In this document: one piece after another, positions 36,053 to 44,603 of the stretch
How the letters are laid out: the number at the start of each line of letters is the position of its first letter
Numbering within the stretch: the stretch's first letter is position 1
Assembly: GCA_964531785.1 (NCBI GenBank)
Contig: CAZHFF010000002.1
Coordinates: 29,851-93,850 of the forward strand
Length of the DNA: 64,000 nucleotides
Source: an uncultured Candidatus Saccharibacteria bacterium
Lineage (GTDB): Bacteria > Patescibacteriota > Minisyncoccia > Phycocordibacterales > UBA12088
Direction of reading: 5' to 3'
Program-made: the position numbers and the translations under genes
The notes under the pieces: model-generated
Told to the model about the DNA's origin: nothing
Databases searched by the model: none
Seen by the model: the letters and a program-made list of their open reading frames with translations, nothing else

Positions 36053-36081
36053 AGTGTAGCACACCTTGACAATTTGTGCAA
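36053..36081 (-). promoter_or_regulatory. rpsO promoter TTGCAC-17 nt-TACACT, only 6 nt before the ATG (leaderless-type)
   Basis: Hexamers and spacing read directly on the minus strand. Confidence 0.6.
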
Positions 36082-36313
36082 GTCCTAACGTATTGAGGCT
36101 CCACTGTTGGCGCAGGGAGCCTCATAGGGGGAGGGATTACCCTCCGGAAGGTGAGTGATGCCTTCTTTATTGAACTATGCACCAATTCATGGTCCTGGTC
36201 AATGCAAAGGTCAGTTGACCAAGCACAGATATCGTCGTACTATAGTGATTGCCCACGGGGCCTTTCTTTTTTCCGGCCCGTTGGGCAGTTAAAGGGAAGA
36301 GAAAGGAAGAGTG

Positions 36314-36487
36314 ATGACGAAACTAGTCCTCGCAGCCCTCCTTTGTGCAGTTTTGGCGAACTGCGCACACCAGGAGAAGCTGCAACCTGAGGTCCCAAGG
36401 ACCCCGTTCGGTGCTGTCGGCGGGCACGACACCTGCCAGGAACAGCCTTGGATACGAGGCTGCAACGTGCGGAAGTACCAAATATAG
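36314..36487 (+). CDS. Small secreted/lipoprotein-like peptide (57 aa), not in the ORF track
   Basis: MTKLVLAALLCAVLANCAHQEKLQPEVPRTPFGAVGGHDTCQEQPWIRGCNVRKYQI*. AAAGGAAGAG SD, TTGACC-17 nt-TACTAT promoter at ~36206, and a terminator immediately downstream. Confidence 0.4.
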   Translation: MTKLVLAALLCAVLANCAHQEKLQPEVPRTPFGAVGGHDTCQEQPWIRGCNVRKYQI

Positions 36488-36493
36488 GACCTG

Positions 36494-36530
36494 CCCGTGG
36501 CGCTCGCTCAAGAGCCCACGGGTTCTTTTT
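36494..36530 (+). terminator. Rho-independent terminator
   Basis: CCCGTGG...CCACGGG followed by TTCTTTTT. Confidence 0.65.
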
Positions 36531-36557
36531 GTGTGCGGTGGTGGTATGCTACTCAAC

Positions 36558-37328
36558 ATGCGCATCGTGAGCTGGAACGTCAACGGGATCCGTGCTGTTC
36601 TGAAACGTGGTGATCTTACGCGTGTATTCACCCTGCATCCCGATATCCTCCTGCTCCAGGAGACAAAAGCGCGTCCTGAGCAGGTGCCTGATGCGGCGCA
36701 TACCGTACCTGGCTACTGGTCGTACTGGCATGCACCCGTGCTGCGTGCCGGCTACAGCGGCGTGGCAATATACAGCAAGTGTAAGCCTGACAACGTGGTG
36801 TTTGGCATCGATGTACCACAGTACGATACGGAGGGACGGGTGGCGACCGCGTTCTATCCTGACCTCGCGGTCGTAAACTGCTATTTTCCGAACGGCGGCC
36901 AGGGGCCGGAGCGCCTGGCCTACAAGCTCGCATTTTACGAAGCCTTCCTGACGTACGTCAACCGCCTGCGTGACCATGTGCCTCGAGTGGTATGGGGCGG
37001 TGACGTGAATACGGCACATGAGGCCATCGACCTGGCGCGGCCGAAGGAAAATGTCGGTAACACAGGCTTCCTGCCCATTGAGCGTGCGTGGCTCGACGAA
37101 GTGGCCGCAGCCGGTTGGGCAGATTCGTTCCGTCAGCTCCACCCGCACCGAGCGCACGCGTACTCGTACTGGGATATGAAGACCCGTGCGCGTGATCGGA
37201 ACGTCGGATGGCGCATCGACTACCTATTCCTCTCCCCTGCACTGCTCTCAAGTATCGTTCGCGCAGATATCCATGCAAGCGTCGTGGGCTCCGACCACTG
37301 CCCTGTCTCGGTCGATCTCGAATTATAA
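36558..37328 (+). CDS. xth: Exodeoxyribonuclease III
   Basis: MRIVSWNVNGIRA..., LLLQETK, and C-terminal SDHCPV. The alternative ATG at 36546 adds MLLN. The track ORF's 5' extension from 36345 is unlikely. Confidence 0.9.
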   Translation: MRIVSWNVNGIRAVLKRGDLTRVFTLHPDILLLQETKARPEQVPDAAHTVPGYWSYWHAPVLRAGYSGVAIYSKCKPDNVVFGIDVPQYDTEGRVATAFYPDLAVVNCYFPNGGQGPERLAYKLAFYEAFLTYVNRLRDHVPRVVWGGDVNTAHEAIDLARPKENVGNTGFLPIERAWLDEVAAAGWADSFRQLHPHRAHAYSYWDMKTRARDRNVGWRIDYLFLSPALLSSIVRADIHASVVGSDHCPVSVDLEL

Positions 37329-37362
37329 AGGACAGTTATCCACAGCACACCTGTAGGAGTCC

Positions 37363-37795
37363 TTTACCTGTCCTTTACAGCTGTTATACTCAATGCAGAC
37401 CAGCGTGATGGTGATTCCAATGAGATCCCACGGTACTTCTTCTTTGCGAACGTTTCGTTAGGAACAAGTACCGTGGAATCTCTGCGGAGCAAGTTCTTTA
37501 GCAACACTGTTCTTTACATCTGCTGGCACGCACGACAACAGAGCGCTTCCTAGTGTACAAGTCTTCAACAACATCAACTACTTGACACAAGAGACACGTA
37601 CCAAAGGTTAAGAACTTTGCGGATCGAGCGAGCAAGCACCTACAATTGAATACAGAGAAGCCCCTCCAGTACAAAGTCGCCTGCGCGAACTAGGACACTC
37701 CACCCCTTTTTCGCCACATGACAGATCGCCCCGTGTGCTCAAGATCATGAGCCCACAGTACGGTCTGCCACGTGAAGCAGGCGGCTTTTTTTTAG
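37363..37795 (+). ncRNA. Candidate non-coding transcript (unassigned) in a 470-bp ORF-poor, AT-richer gap
   Basis: TTTACC-16 nt-TATACT (37363..37390). Strong hairpin CCACGGTACTT...AAGTACCGTGG (~37429-37477). 5' GCAGACC (37395) is complementary to GGTCTGC (37762). T8 run at 37786-37793. No match to tmRNA, RNase P, SRP or 6S signatures that I can recognise. Confidence 0.25.
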
Positions 37796-37801
37796 TTACG
37801 T

Positions 37802-39289
37802 TCAGGAAACGTGATGTTTTGCGCGCAATTGTTGGACCAGCTGCGCGTCTTCCGCGTCTTTGCGGAGTTTTCCCTGTGCGCCCAGTTTGGCCAGTTCGGC
37901 GTCAGAAAGCTGTGCAAGCTCGACCGCACGACGCTCGAGCTGCTCCGCGGTATTGCGTGACGGTGCGTCGAGCACCTCCTCCAAAAGGATATGTAGCAGG
38001 TTCCCTACGCGTGGCCCCGGTCGCTCTCCTGTAACCTCCATGAGTCGTTTTCCGTCCAGCTTGAGCATGCCAACGTGTATCGGGTCTCGGAGTGCCTCCT
38101 CGACCATGCTCTTGTACTTTCTAAAGCGGAACGGCTGCTCCTTCGGTCTACCTGTGCCTATTCGGTCGCAAATTCGCAGATCCATCAGGTCCCAAATACT
38201 GTCTTCCCCGACATTAGCGATCATCCTGCGCACCGCGGACAATGTTATCTGGTCCGGATCACTGAAGAACATATGCCAACGTACCAAACTGACGACTTTC
38301 TCGACGATATGCTTTGGATACCGAAGGTTCGTGAGGGCGGTATGTGTTACACGTGAACCCACAACCTCATGCCCATAGAAGGTCCACTCACCGTGCGGTG
38401 AGCGTCGGCGTGTCTCAGGCTTAGAAATGTCGTGAAAGAGCGCAGCAAGCCGCACCTCGAGCGACCAACCTTTATCTGCAGCGTGCTGGAGCGCCCGCAA
38501 ATTATGTTCGAAGACCGTATAGCTATGCGCTTGGTTCTGCTCCACACCGATACCACGCTCCAGATCAGGCACGACGTACTGGAGCGTACCGGTATGTTTC
38601 ATGTGTAACAGGGCCTCCATAGGACGAGCTGATAGGATGATCTTGGTCAGCTCGTCGCGTATCCGCTCGTTCGATATGTTGCTGAGCAGGTCAGCGTTCT
38701 GTGCTATGCCTTCGAACGTGTGCTGCTCGATTCCGAAGCCTAGTTCCGCACCAAGACGGATCGCCCGAAGCATACGGAGCGCGTCCTCTTGGAATCGTTG
38801 TCCGGGATCACCCACGGCACGGATCGTTCGAGCGGCAAGGTCGTCGTGTCCTTTAAAAGGATCTATGAAATGTCCTTTATCCGACGCGTACGCCATGGCG
38901 TTAATGGTGAAATCTCGACGTGCCAGGTCCTCCTCGAGGGTTACACCGAATGTGACGCTATCGGGCCGCCGGCCATCGCTATACCGGCCCTCTGCGCGGT
39001 ATGGTGTCACCTCGATGACCCTCGTCGTGTCATCCGCGTCCTCGTTCACCACGCCGACCGTCCCGTAGTCGTTGTTGTAGTAGGTTTCTGGAAACAGCCG
39101 CTGTATGTCGTCCGGATGTGCGTTCGTTGTAATGTCCCAATCGTGTGGCGTTCGATGCAGTGCCAGGTCGCGAACACAGCCGCCAACCAGGTATGCCTCA
39201 TACCCGGCGGAAGTGAGCGCTTCAGTTACACGTGAAACGACGACCGGTATTGCGTATGTCGGGCTGTGCATGGTCGTATCGTAACGCAA
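37802..39289 (-). CDS. cca: CCA-adding enzyme / poly(A) polymerase family nucleotidyltransferase with HD domain
   Basis: 495 aa. YLVGGCVRDLAL..PHDWDITT, RDFTINA and an HD region (LFHDISKP). Confidence 0.85.
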   Translation of the reverse strand: MRYDTTMHSPTYAIPVVVSRVTEALTSAGYEAYLVGGCVRDLALHRTPHDWDITTNAHPDDIQRLFPETYYNNDYGTVGVVNEDADDTTRVIEVTPYRAEGRYSDGRRPDSVTFGVTLEEDLARRDFTINAMAYASDKGHFIDPFKGHDDLAARTIRAVGDPGQRFQEDALRMLRAIRLGAELGFGIEQHTFEGIAQNADLLSNISNERIRDELTKIILSARPMEALLHMKHTGTLQYVVPDLERGIGVEQNQAHSYTVFEHNLRALQHAADKGWSLEVRLAALFHDISKPETRRRSPHGEWTFYGHEVVGSRVTHTALTNLRYPKHIVEKVVSLVRWHMFFSDPDQITLSAVRRMIANVGEDSIWDLMDLRICDRIGTGRPKEQPFRFRKYKSMVEEALRDPIHVGMLKLDGKRLMEVTGERPGPRVGNLLHILLEEVLDAPSRNTAEQLERRAVELAQLSDAELAKLGAQGKLRKDAEDAQLVQQLRAKHHVS

Positions 39290-39539
39290 GAACGGCCACT
39301 CGGCTACCTGTATGGTACACAGTGGAGCAGATCATATCGGAGCAGCCGGCCAAACCGTGTCAGAGGCGTTGCCGGTACGCTAGTGTGAAGGTTTGTGTGG
39401 GCATACGCACCGTATGGCACTAGACCGTACAACAGGCTTCGTGCCACCGGTTCTGGCTCGTTACACGTGAAACGCGTATCGATCTCCGGAGGCCACGCTC
39501 TCGCGGAGGTAGCTGTTTTGCTATACAATAGACCGCACT

Positions 39540-39611
39540 GCGCCCGTGGTGAAATGGATATCACAACGGTCTTCGGAACCGTTATTGTGGGTTCGAATCC
39601 TGCCGGGCGCA
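39540..39611 (+). tRNA. tRNA-Arg (anticodon TCG)
   Basis: Hand-folded cloverleaf. Acceptor GCGCCCG/CGGGCGC, anticodon arm ACGGT-CTTCGGA-ACCGT, T-loop GGGTTCGAATCC. CCA is not encoded. Confidence 0.85.
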
Positions 39612-39694
39612 CTGACACGTATAGCGAGGCACGCAGCCGTGTGACATGGTGCAAACGGTTGTCCTCGAGGTAACCCGTAGAACGATCAGCAACT

Positions 39695-40117
39695 ATGGAC
39701 ATCCCTGACTGTTTCTATAGGGTCTCGGTAAAGGCGCTGATCTTGGACGAGGAAAGACAGCGTTTCCTTGTGGTCCAGGAACATGATGGGATCTGGGAAC
39801 TCCCCGGTGGAGGGCTAGAGTGGGGAGCGAACCCTCAGGACGAGCTGCGCCGGGAGATCAATGAGGAGATGGGCCTCGAGTGCCGTGCCATTGCGCACCG
39901 CCCGGCATACTTCTTTACAGCAAAGAATCGCTTCGGGCACTGGACGGCCCAGGTTGTGTATGAGACGGAACTTCAGCACCTGCAGTTCATCCCGACCCCG
40001 GAGTGCAAGGCTGTACGCTACGTACATCCTGCAGAAGCGCTCGAGCTTCAGGCGTTCGACAATGTCTACGCATTGGCTCGACAGTTCGATGCTCGGTTAC
40101 ACATGAAACAAGGCTGA
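39695..40117 (+). CDS. NUDIX hydrolase
   Basis: 140 aa with a Nudix box, GGGLEWGANPQDELRREINEEMGL. Confidence 0.85.
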   Translation: MDIPDCFYRVSVKALILDEERQRFLVVQEHDGIWELPGGGLEWGANPQDELRREINEEMGLECRAIAHRPAYFFTAKNRFGHWTAQVVYETELQHLQFIPTPECKAVRYVHPAEALELQAFDNVYALARQFDARLHMKQG

Positions 40118-40159
40118 TTTATATATTGACGAATACTTCGTCATCTGTATACTGGAACG

Positions 40160-40936
40160 ATGCAGTTCCTAACAGATCAACTTACGCTACTCGGGCTGAA
40201 AAAAGGTGAGGTCCGCGTGTTCACCGTTCTTGCGACGTTCGGGAGAATGAACATGACCACGCTCGCCCGACGCAGTGGCTTGCCGCGCACGACCGTGGAT
40301 TACATGGTGCGTGGAATGGTCGAGCGGGGACTCGTGGTTCGTGACCAGATCGGTGGGCACGGTGAGTATTCGGTTCCGTTGGCGAAAGTTGCGAGTGAGC
40401 TCGATCGTCTGGAGAGGAAGCTTGTAGTATACCCCCTAGATAAAAAAAACGACGAAAAAGTGGATATAAATGTAGAGAACCTATGCCCGTCCATAGGCAG
40501 TAGTTTTGCGGCCCATCGAGCTGAGCGTGTCACCTTGTTCCTTGCTCGATTAGCAACAGATACGATACGGTCACGGCACCTCGAACAGTACTTTAGCTTT
40601 GCCCGGGAGCACCAGGTCAAGCTCGACCTCTTGACGACCAGGGATGTGGCTGAGGGCTTATCGCTCTACGCCACGGAACTCTTGGCACTTGTGTCGTGCC
40701 TTGAGCTGAGGCTCCACATGCTCCCAACGACGTTCTGTATCGAAAACGTCGACGTAATCACGTTTCGCGATGAGGTGCTCATCATCAGTCCGGATACACT
40801 ATCGAAAGAGCGTGTGAGCGATTTTATGAGCGTGGAGGTAATGAAGCACCTGCTGATCATTGCTCGGGAGACGGCGTGGAGCGTGGACTTCGACCTCTAC
40901 CTCAGGGGGCGTATTGAAGGAATCAAAAAGGCGTAG
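40160..40936 (+). CDS. TrmB-like winged-helix transcriptional regulator
   Basis: 258 aa. N-terminal LGLKKGEVRVFTVLATFGRMNMTTLARRSGLPRTTVDYMVRGMVERGLV. Confidence 0.6.
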   Translation: MQFLTDQLTLLGLKKGEVRVFTVLATFGRMNMTTLARRSGLPRTTVDYMVRGMVERGLVVRDQIGGHGEYSVPLAKVASELDRLERKLVVYPLDKKNDEKVDINVENLCPSIGSSFAAHRAERVTLFLARLATDTIRSRHLEQYFSFAREHQVKLDLLTTRDVAEGLSLYATELLALVSCLELRLHMLPTTFCIENVDVITFRDEVLIISPDTLSKERVSDFMSVEVMKHLLIIARETAWSVDFDLYLRGRIEGIKKA

Positions 40937-40951
40937 TACACTCGTTGTGTT

Positions 40952-41022
40952 GCGGGTATCGTTTAGTGGTAGGATGGCGCCTTGCCATGGCGCAGGCGGG
41001 AGTTCGATTCTCCCTACCCGCA
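40952..41022 (+). tRNA. tRNA-Gly (anticodon GCC)
   Basis: Acceptor GCGGGTA/TACCCGC, anticodon arm GCGCC-TTGCCAT-GGCGC, T-arm GGGAGTTCGATTCTCCC. No encoded CCA. Confidence 0.85.
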
Positions 41023-41067
41023 CAGATACAAAACACACAGGGAAGACCTGTGTGTTTTGTATCTGTG
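41021..41067. terminator. 21-bp perfect hairpin abutting the tRNA-Gly 3' end (no U-tract)
   Basis: CACAGATACAAAACACACAGG-gaaga-CCTGTGTGTTTTGTATCTGTG. Confidence 0.4.
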
Positions 41068-41166
41068 CGGTGATACGCGGCGTGCACATGTCGCCGAGGC
41101 ACAACGGTACCACCTGTGGATAACCCTGTGAACATGTGTATAAAGGACAAGGTAGAGTGTCCTTAA

Positions 41167-41553
41167 ATGGCGCAATCAAGCCACATCGTGATCGGCCGTC
41201 TTGGGGAGCTCATCGCGGCAAAATACCTCGGATCCCTCGGTTTTACTGTTGTCGAGCGCAATTATCGTCGCCCGTGGGGCGAGCTCGATCTGGTGGTAGA
41301 AAAAGACAATGTCCTACACTTCGTCGAGGTGAAGTCGACCGCGCGTGCGCGACCAGAGCGAGAAGGGGCCGACGTCCACCGGCCGGAGGATCACCTGCAT
41401 ACCGTGAAACGCCAGCGCTTGGTGCGTGCGATAGGCACGTACCTGACAGAGAAGCGGGTGCGAATCACGTATACTGCAGACCTGGTAGTGGTGTATGTTG
41501 ACCCGAACACCAGGTGTGCAATCGTGGACGTGCTCTGGGACGTGGCGCTCTAA
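41167..41553 (+). CDS. yraN: YraN family (UPF0102) endonuclease-like protein
   Basis: 128 aa. GRLGELIAAKYLGSLGFTVVERNYRRPWGELDLVVEKDNVLHFVEVK. Confidence 0.8.
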   Translation: MAQSSHIVIGRLGELIAAKYLGSLGFTVVERNYRRPWGELDLVVEKDNVLHFVEVKSTARARPEREGADVHRPEDHLHTVKRQRLVRAIGTYLTEKRVRITYTADLVVVYVDPNTRCAIVDVLWDVAL

Positions 41554-41678
41554 CGTTCGTTTGCACGGTCTCGCGCTAGGTACGATTACATGGTACGGTT
41601 CGTACCGTGCTCGCGTGTAGCACAACAGGCACGTACATGTGCAATAGGTGTAGTACAATGTAGCTGAAGGGCACGGGA

Positions 41679-41749
41679 CGGGGTGTAGTACAATGGTAGT
41701 ATGCGCGCTTTGGGAGCGCGTGACCCGAGTTCGATTCTCGGCACCCCGA
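41679..41749 (+). tRNA. tRNA-Pro (anticodon TGG)
   Basis: Acceptor CGGGGTG/CACCCCG, anticodon arm CGCGC-TTTGGGA-GCGCG, T-arm CCGAGTTCGATTCTCGG. No encoded CCA. Confidence 0.85.
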
Positions 41750-41956
41750 TGCAGGTAGGGTTGACACAGCGAGTATTGGCATGGGTCAGTGTATGTGAGC
41801 CCCAGAACCGAGCATTTCTGCACCGTAAAGGGGGTATTTCCACTTCAATTCGACCGGGACTCGGGTACAATAGGGGGAAGTCTTGCTCGTGGGGGCAGGT
41901 CGTGGTGCTTTGAAAGACACCCCCATATTATACGTCTTCACTAACGAAGGTCGTCA

Positions 41957-42478
41957 ATGGACCAAGAAAAAGCGTTCCTGGAGGCGTTCGATAGCCACGC
42001 AGATGCACTGTATCGGCATAGCTTCTTTCGCATATCAGACCATGAAAGGGCACGTGACCTGGTCTCGGAAACGTTTGCACGTACCTGGGCGTACGTTGCA
42101 AAAGGGAACGATGTGGAGCAGTGGAAACCGTTCCTGTACCGCACGTTGAACCACCTGATCATCGACGAGTACCGAAAAAAGCGTGTCGAGTCACTTGACG
42201 CACTGCTTGAGGTGCAGGAAGTGCCCGAAGGCGCGTTCGAGGAATTGGTAGAGGGAAGTATCGAAGAGCTCGAGATGTCGCTGGACGCGCAACGGGTTCC
42301 CGAACTGCTCGAAGCGATGCCCGAGCACTACCGTGAGGTCATCGTCCTTCGCTACATAGACGGGTTGCAGCCCCGAGAGATAGCGGAACTGCTGGGAGAG
42401 TCAGTGAACGTGGTCTCGGTCCGGATCCATCGTGGCATGAATTGGCTGCAGAAACGCGCCCAAGAGCTCAAGCTATAA
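41957..42478 (+). CDS. ECF-type RNA polymerase sigma-70 family factor
   Basis: 173 aa. Region 2 (DLVSETFARTWAY) and region 4 HTH (REVIVLRYIDGLQPREIAELLGESVNVVSVRIHRG). Confidence 0.85.
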   Translation: MDQEKAFLEAFDSHADALYRHSFFRISDHERARDLVSETFARTWAYVAKGNDVEQWKPFLYRTLNHLIIDEYRKKRVESLDALLEVQEVPEGAFEELVEGSIEELEMSLDAQRVPELLEAMPEHYREVIVLRYIDGLQPREIAELLGESVNVVSVRIHRGMNWLQKRAQELKL

Positions 42479-42483
42479 CACCC

Positions 42484-44394
42484 ATGACCGTATTTGAGGA
42501 ACAACTAGAGAAGCAGATCAGGCACGTGCGTCTTAGTGAGGACGAGCGTGCTCTGATGCGGAGCAACCTCGTACGCTACATGGAGCATGTGCCACGGCGC
42601 ACCAAGCATGCTCCCGCTGCCGCTCAGAGAACCCCGTACTTTGGCTTTCTCTCCCTGTTCCGTGCACATCACCTTTCAGGGGCGCTCATGATCGCTCTTG
42701 TGACGAGCGGGTTCGGCATGACCTATGCTGCAGCTGATGCGCTGCCGGGAGATATGCTCTATACGGTAAAAGTAGACATCAACGAAGCGGTCATAGGGGC
42801 GCTCCTGACCGGCGGTGAGCGGCAGCTTGCGTGGGAGCGAGAACGGGCTGAACGTCGCCTACTTGAGGCAAGTCGTCTTGCGCTCGAGGGACGGCTCGAT
42901 CAAGGGCGACGAGAAGAGGTGGCCAGGAGATTCGCACAACACACTGACAATATGGTCAAGCAGGTGATCGCGCTCGGTCGTGTCGATCCGGTACTTGCCG
43001 CTGAGGTCTCAAACGAGTTCGAGGTTGCGCTCGATACGCATGAGGCGGTACTTGCACGGCTGAGCGTCGAAAAGGACGAGGCCGGCACGAACAATGCGAT
43101 CGAGCTGGTCAGTCAGGTGCGTACGGTGGCGATGCGGGTCAACGAGCTGGCTGCGGATGCAGAGTCTCAGATACAAGAGGCACTAGCGGTGGCCGAGGAT
43201 GTGGAGGTGTCTGTCGCTGCGACCAGTGAGGCTACAGGAAGTGCCGAAACGGTGGTCGATCGTGAATCACCGAACCTGCGCGTTCGGGCAACCTATCGCA
43301 TGCAGGACCGTGCGATCGAACACAAGCGAACGGCAGAAGTCCAGCTTGCAAAGCTGGATCCCGAGAGCGAGGTCTACCAGCAGGCAAAGGGCAAGATAGA
43401 GTTTGCCAACGTGAGCATTGACCTGGGTGCAGCACATCTCGCGAAGCACGACGTCGGTGCAGCATACAATGAGTTTCGAACAGCAGCACTTGCGCTGCAA
43501 AAGGTGGGGCTGCTCCTGGAGGCAACGAACACGTTCAATTTTTCAATACTTGACAGCATGGATGAGGCTCAGGAAGACCGCACGGCGGGCGCGTCGGCGA
43601 CCACATCCGAGCGGCAAAAAGACGCGCTCATCGCACGTCGTGATCAGGTGAATGCGCTGCTCACGGAGACGCGATCAGCCCTCCTTGTTCGAGAAGGTCT
43701 TTCAGAACAGGAAAACGCTCGGGTGAACGCGTATGTGAAGGATGCAATGGCACTTGTGTTACGTGCCGAGATAGCAATAGTGCTTGAGCAACAGGCAAAG
43801 GCCGAGGGCCTGCTCATGAACGCCGAGCGGCTCGTGCAGAATGCGCACACCGTGCTCGGCCAGCCTGCCCGCCCTCTACAAACTACACCGGTCAAAGAGG
43901 CGCAAAAACCGAGCGAACCCAAACTCCCTCAGGCACCCTCGTTTCCAGATATTACGCCGCCTCGCCTCGACGTTGTCACGGTATACCACACAAAGCAGGG
44001 GAACGTGCATACACTGAGCGGTGTGTACTATACGCCAACACCTTGCTTCACCTTGGGTGCCACAGCAACCGCGGGGCCTGATGCGGGCACCATACGCTTG
44101 GACCTTACGGCCGTCGATGCAGGCGGCGTCTGCGCAATGGTCATCGACCGAAAGGCGTATACCGTTACGGTCGAAGCTGCAGCAGATGCACAGATCGAGG
44201 CAGTGACCGTCAATAGGTCACAGAGCGAGTTCGAGGTGATCGAGGGGGAGAATACCGCTATTTTCGATGATCCACAGGTCATTCCGGTACAGAACACCCC
44301 GCTTCCACCCCCGTCCACCTCGACACAGAGCAACACATCATCCGGTTCGTTGGTCGAGCGTACGATACGCACTACTACCGGGCTCTTGCGGTAA
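42484..44394 (+). CDS. Putative anti-sigma / DUF5667-like helical membrane protein
   Basis: Start moved to MTVFEEQLEK (42484), directly after the sigma gene. Short cytoplasmic N-terminus, one TM helix (LSGALMIALVTSGFGMTYAAA), a long helical ectodomain and a C-terminal beta-like domain. Confidence 0.55.
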   Translation: MTVFEEQLEKQIRHVRLSEDERALMRSNLVRYMEHVPRRTKHAPAAAQRTPYFGFLSLFRAHHLSGALMIALVTSGFGMTYAAADALPGDMLYTVKVDINEAVIGALLTGGERQLAWERERAERRLLEASRLALEGRLDQGRREEVARRFAQHTDNMVKQVIALGRVDPVLAAEVSNEFEVALDTHEAVLARLSVEKDEAGTNNAIELVSQVRTVAMRVNELAADAESQIQEALAVAEDVEVSVAATSEATGSAETVVDRESPNLRVRATYRMQDRAIEHKRTAEVQLAKLDPESEVYQQAKGKIEFANVSIDLGAAHLAKHDVGAAYNEFRTAALALQKVGLLLEATNTFNFSILDSMDEAQEDRTAGASATTSERQKDALIARRDQVNALLTETRSALLVREGLSEQENARVNAYVKDAMALVLRAEIAIVLEQQAKAEGLLMNAERLVQNAHTVLGQPARPLQTTPVKEAQKPSEPKLPQAPSFPDITPPRLDVVTVYHTKQGNVHTLSGVYYTPTPCFTLGATATAGPDAGTIRLDLTAVDAGGVCAMVIDRKAYTVTVEAAADAQIEAVTVNRSQSEFEVIEGENTAIFDDPQVIPVQNTPLPPPSTSTQSNTSSGSLVERTIRTTTGLLR

Positions 44395-44516
44395 CGCGAC
44401 ACTTGCGGTACCATCAGTTTATGCGAACGCAGGTGATCAGCACTATCTGGTACTGGTACGCTCCTCGCTTGGAGGGCGAGCTTTGTTCGTAATGGAACAC
44501 CATCACGTTTCCACTA

Positions 44517-44555
44517 GAACAAACCCCGCTCTCGAAGCGGGTTTGTTCTTTCAGT
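44517..44555 (+). terminator. Rho-independent terminator
   Basis: GAACAAACCCCGC-tctcgaa-GCGGGTTTGTTC followed by a T-rich tail. Confidence 0.7.
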
Positions 44556-44603
44556 TCTTTACAAACCACAGAGCACCAGAGCCCAGCAACCACGGAGCAT
44601 ATC

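Noticed and set aside
36345-36557. The GTG-initiated 5' extension of the xth ORF (an extra 71 codons).
   Set aside because: The extension overlaps the small lipoprotein-like ORF and its terminator hairpin. Exonuclease III homologues start at MRIVSWNVNG.
37338-37346. A perfect DnaA box, TTATCCACA, in the xth-cca spacer.
   Set aside because: A single exact 9-mer is expected about 0.5 times by chance in 64 kb counting both strands. There is no cluster of boxes and no adjacent AT-rich unwinding element.
41022-41034. An identical 13-mer, ACAGATACAAAAC, in the 5' arms of two hairpins (41022..41034 and 50760..50772). I considered it as a DNA-uptake-sequence-like motif, given comM and the type IV pilus genes.
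   Set aside because: Only two copies were seen. Dozens of identical 13-mer pairs are expected by chance within 64 kb, so the evidence is insufficient without a genome-wide count.
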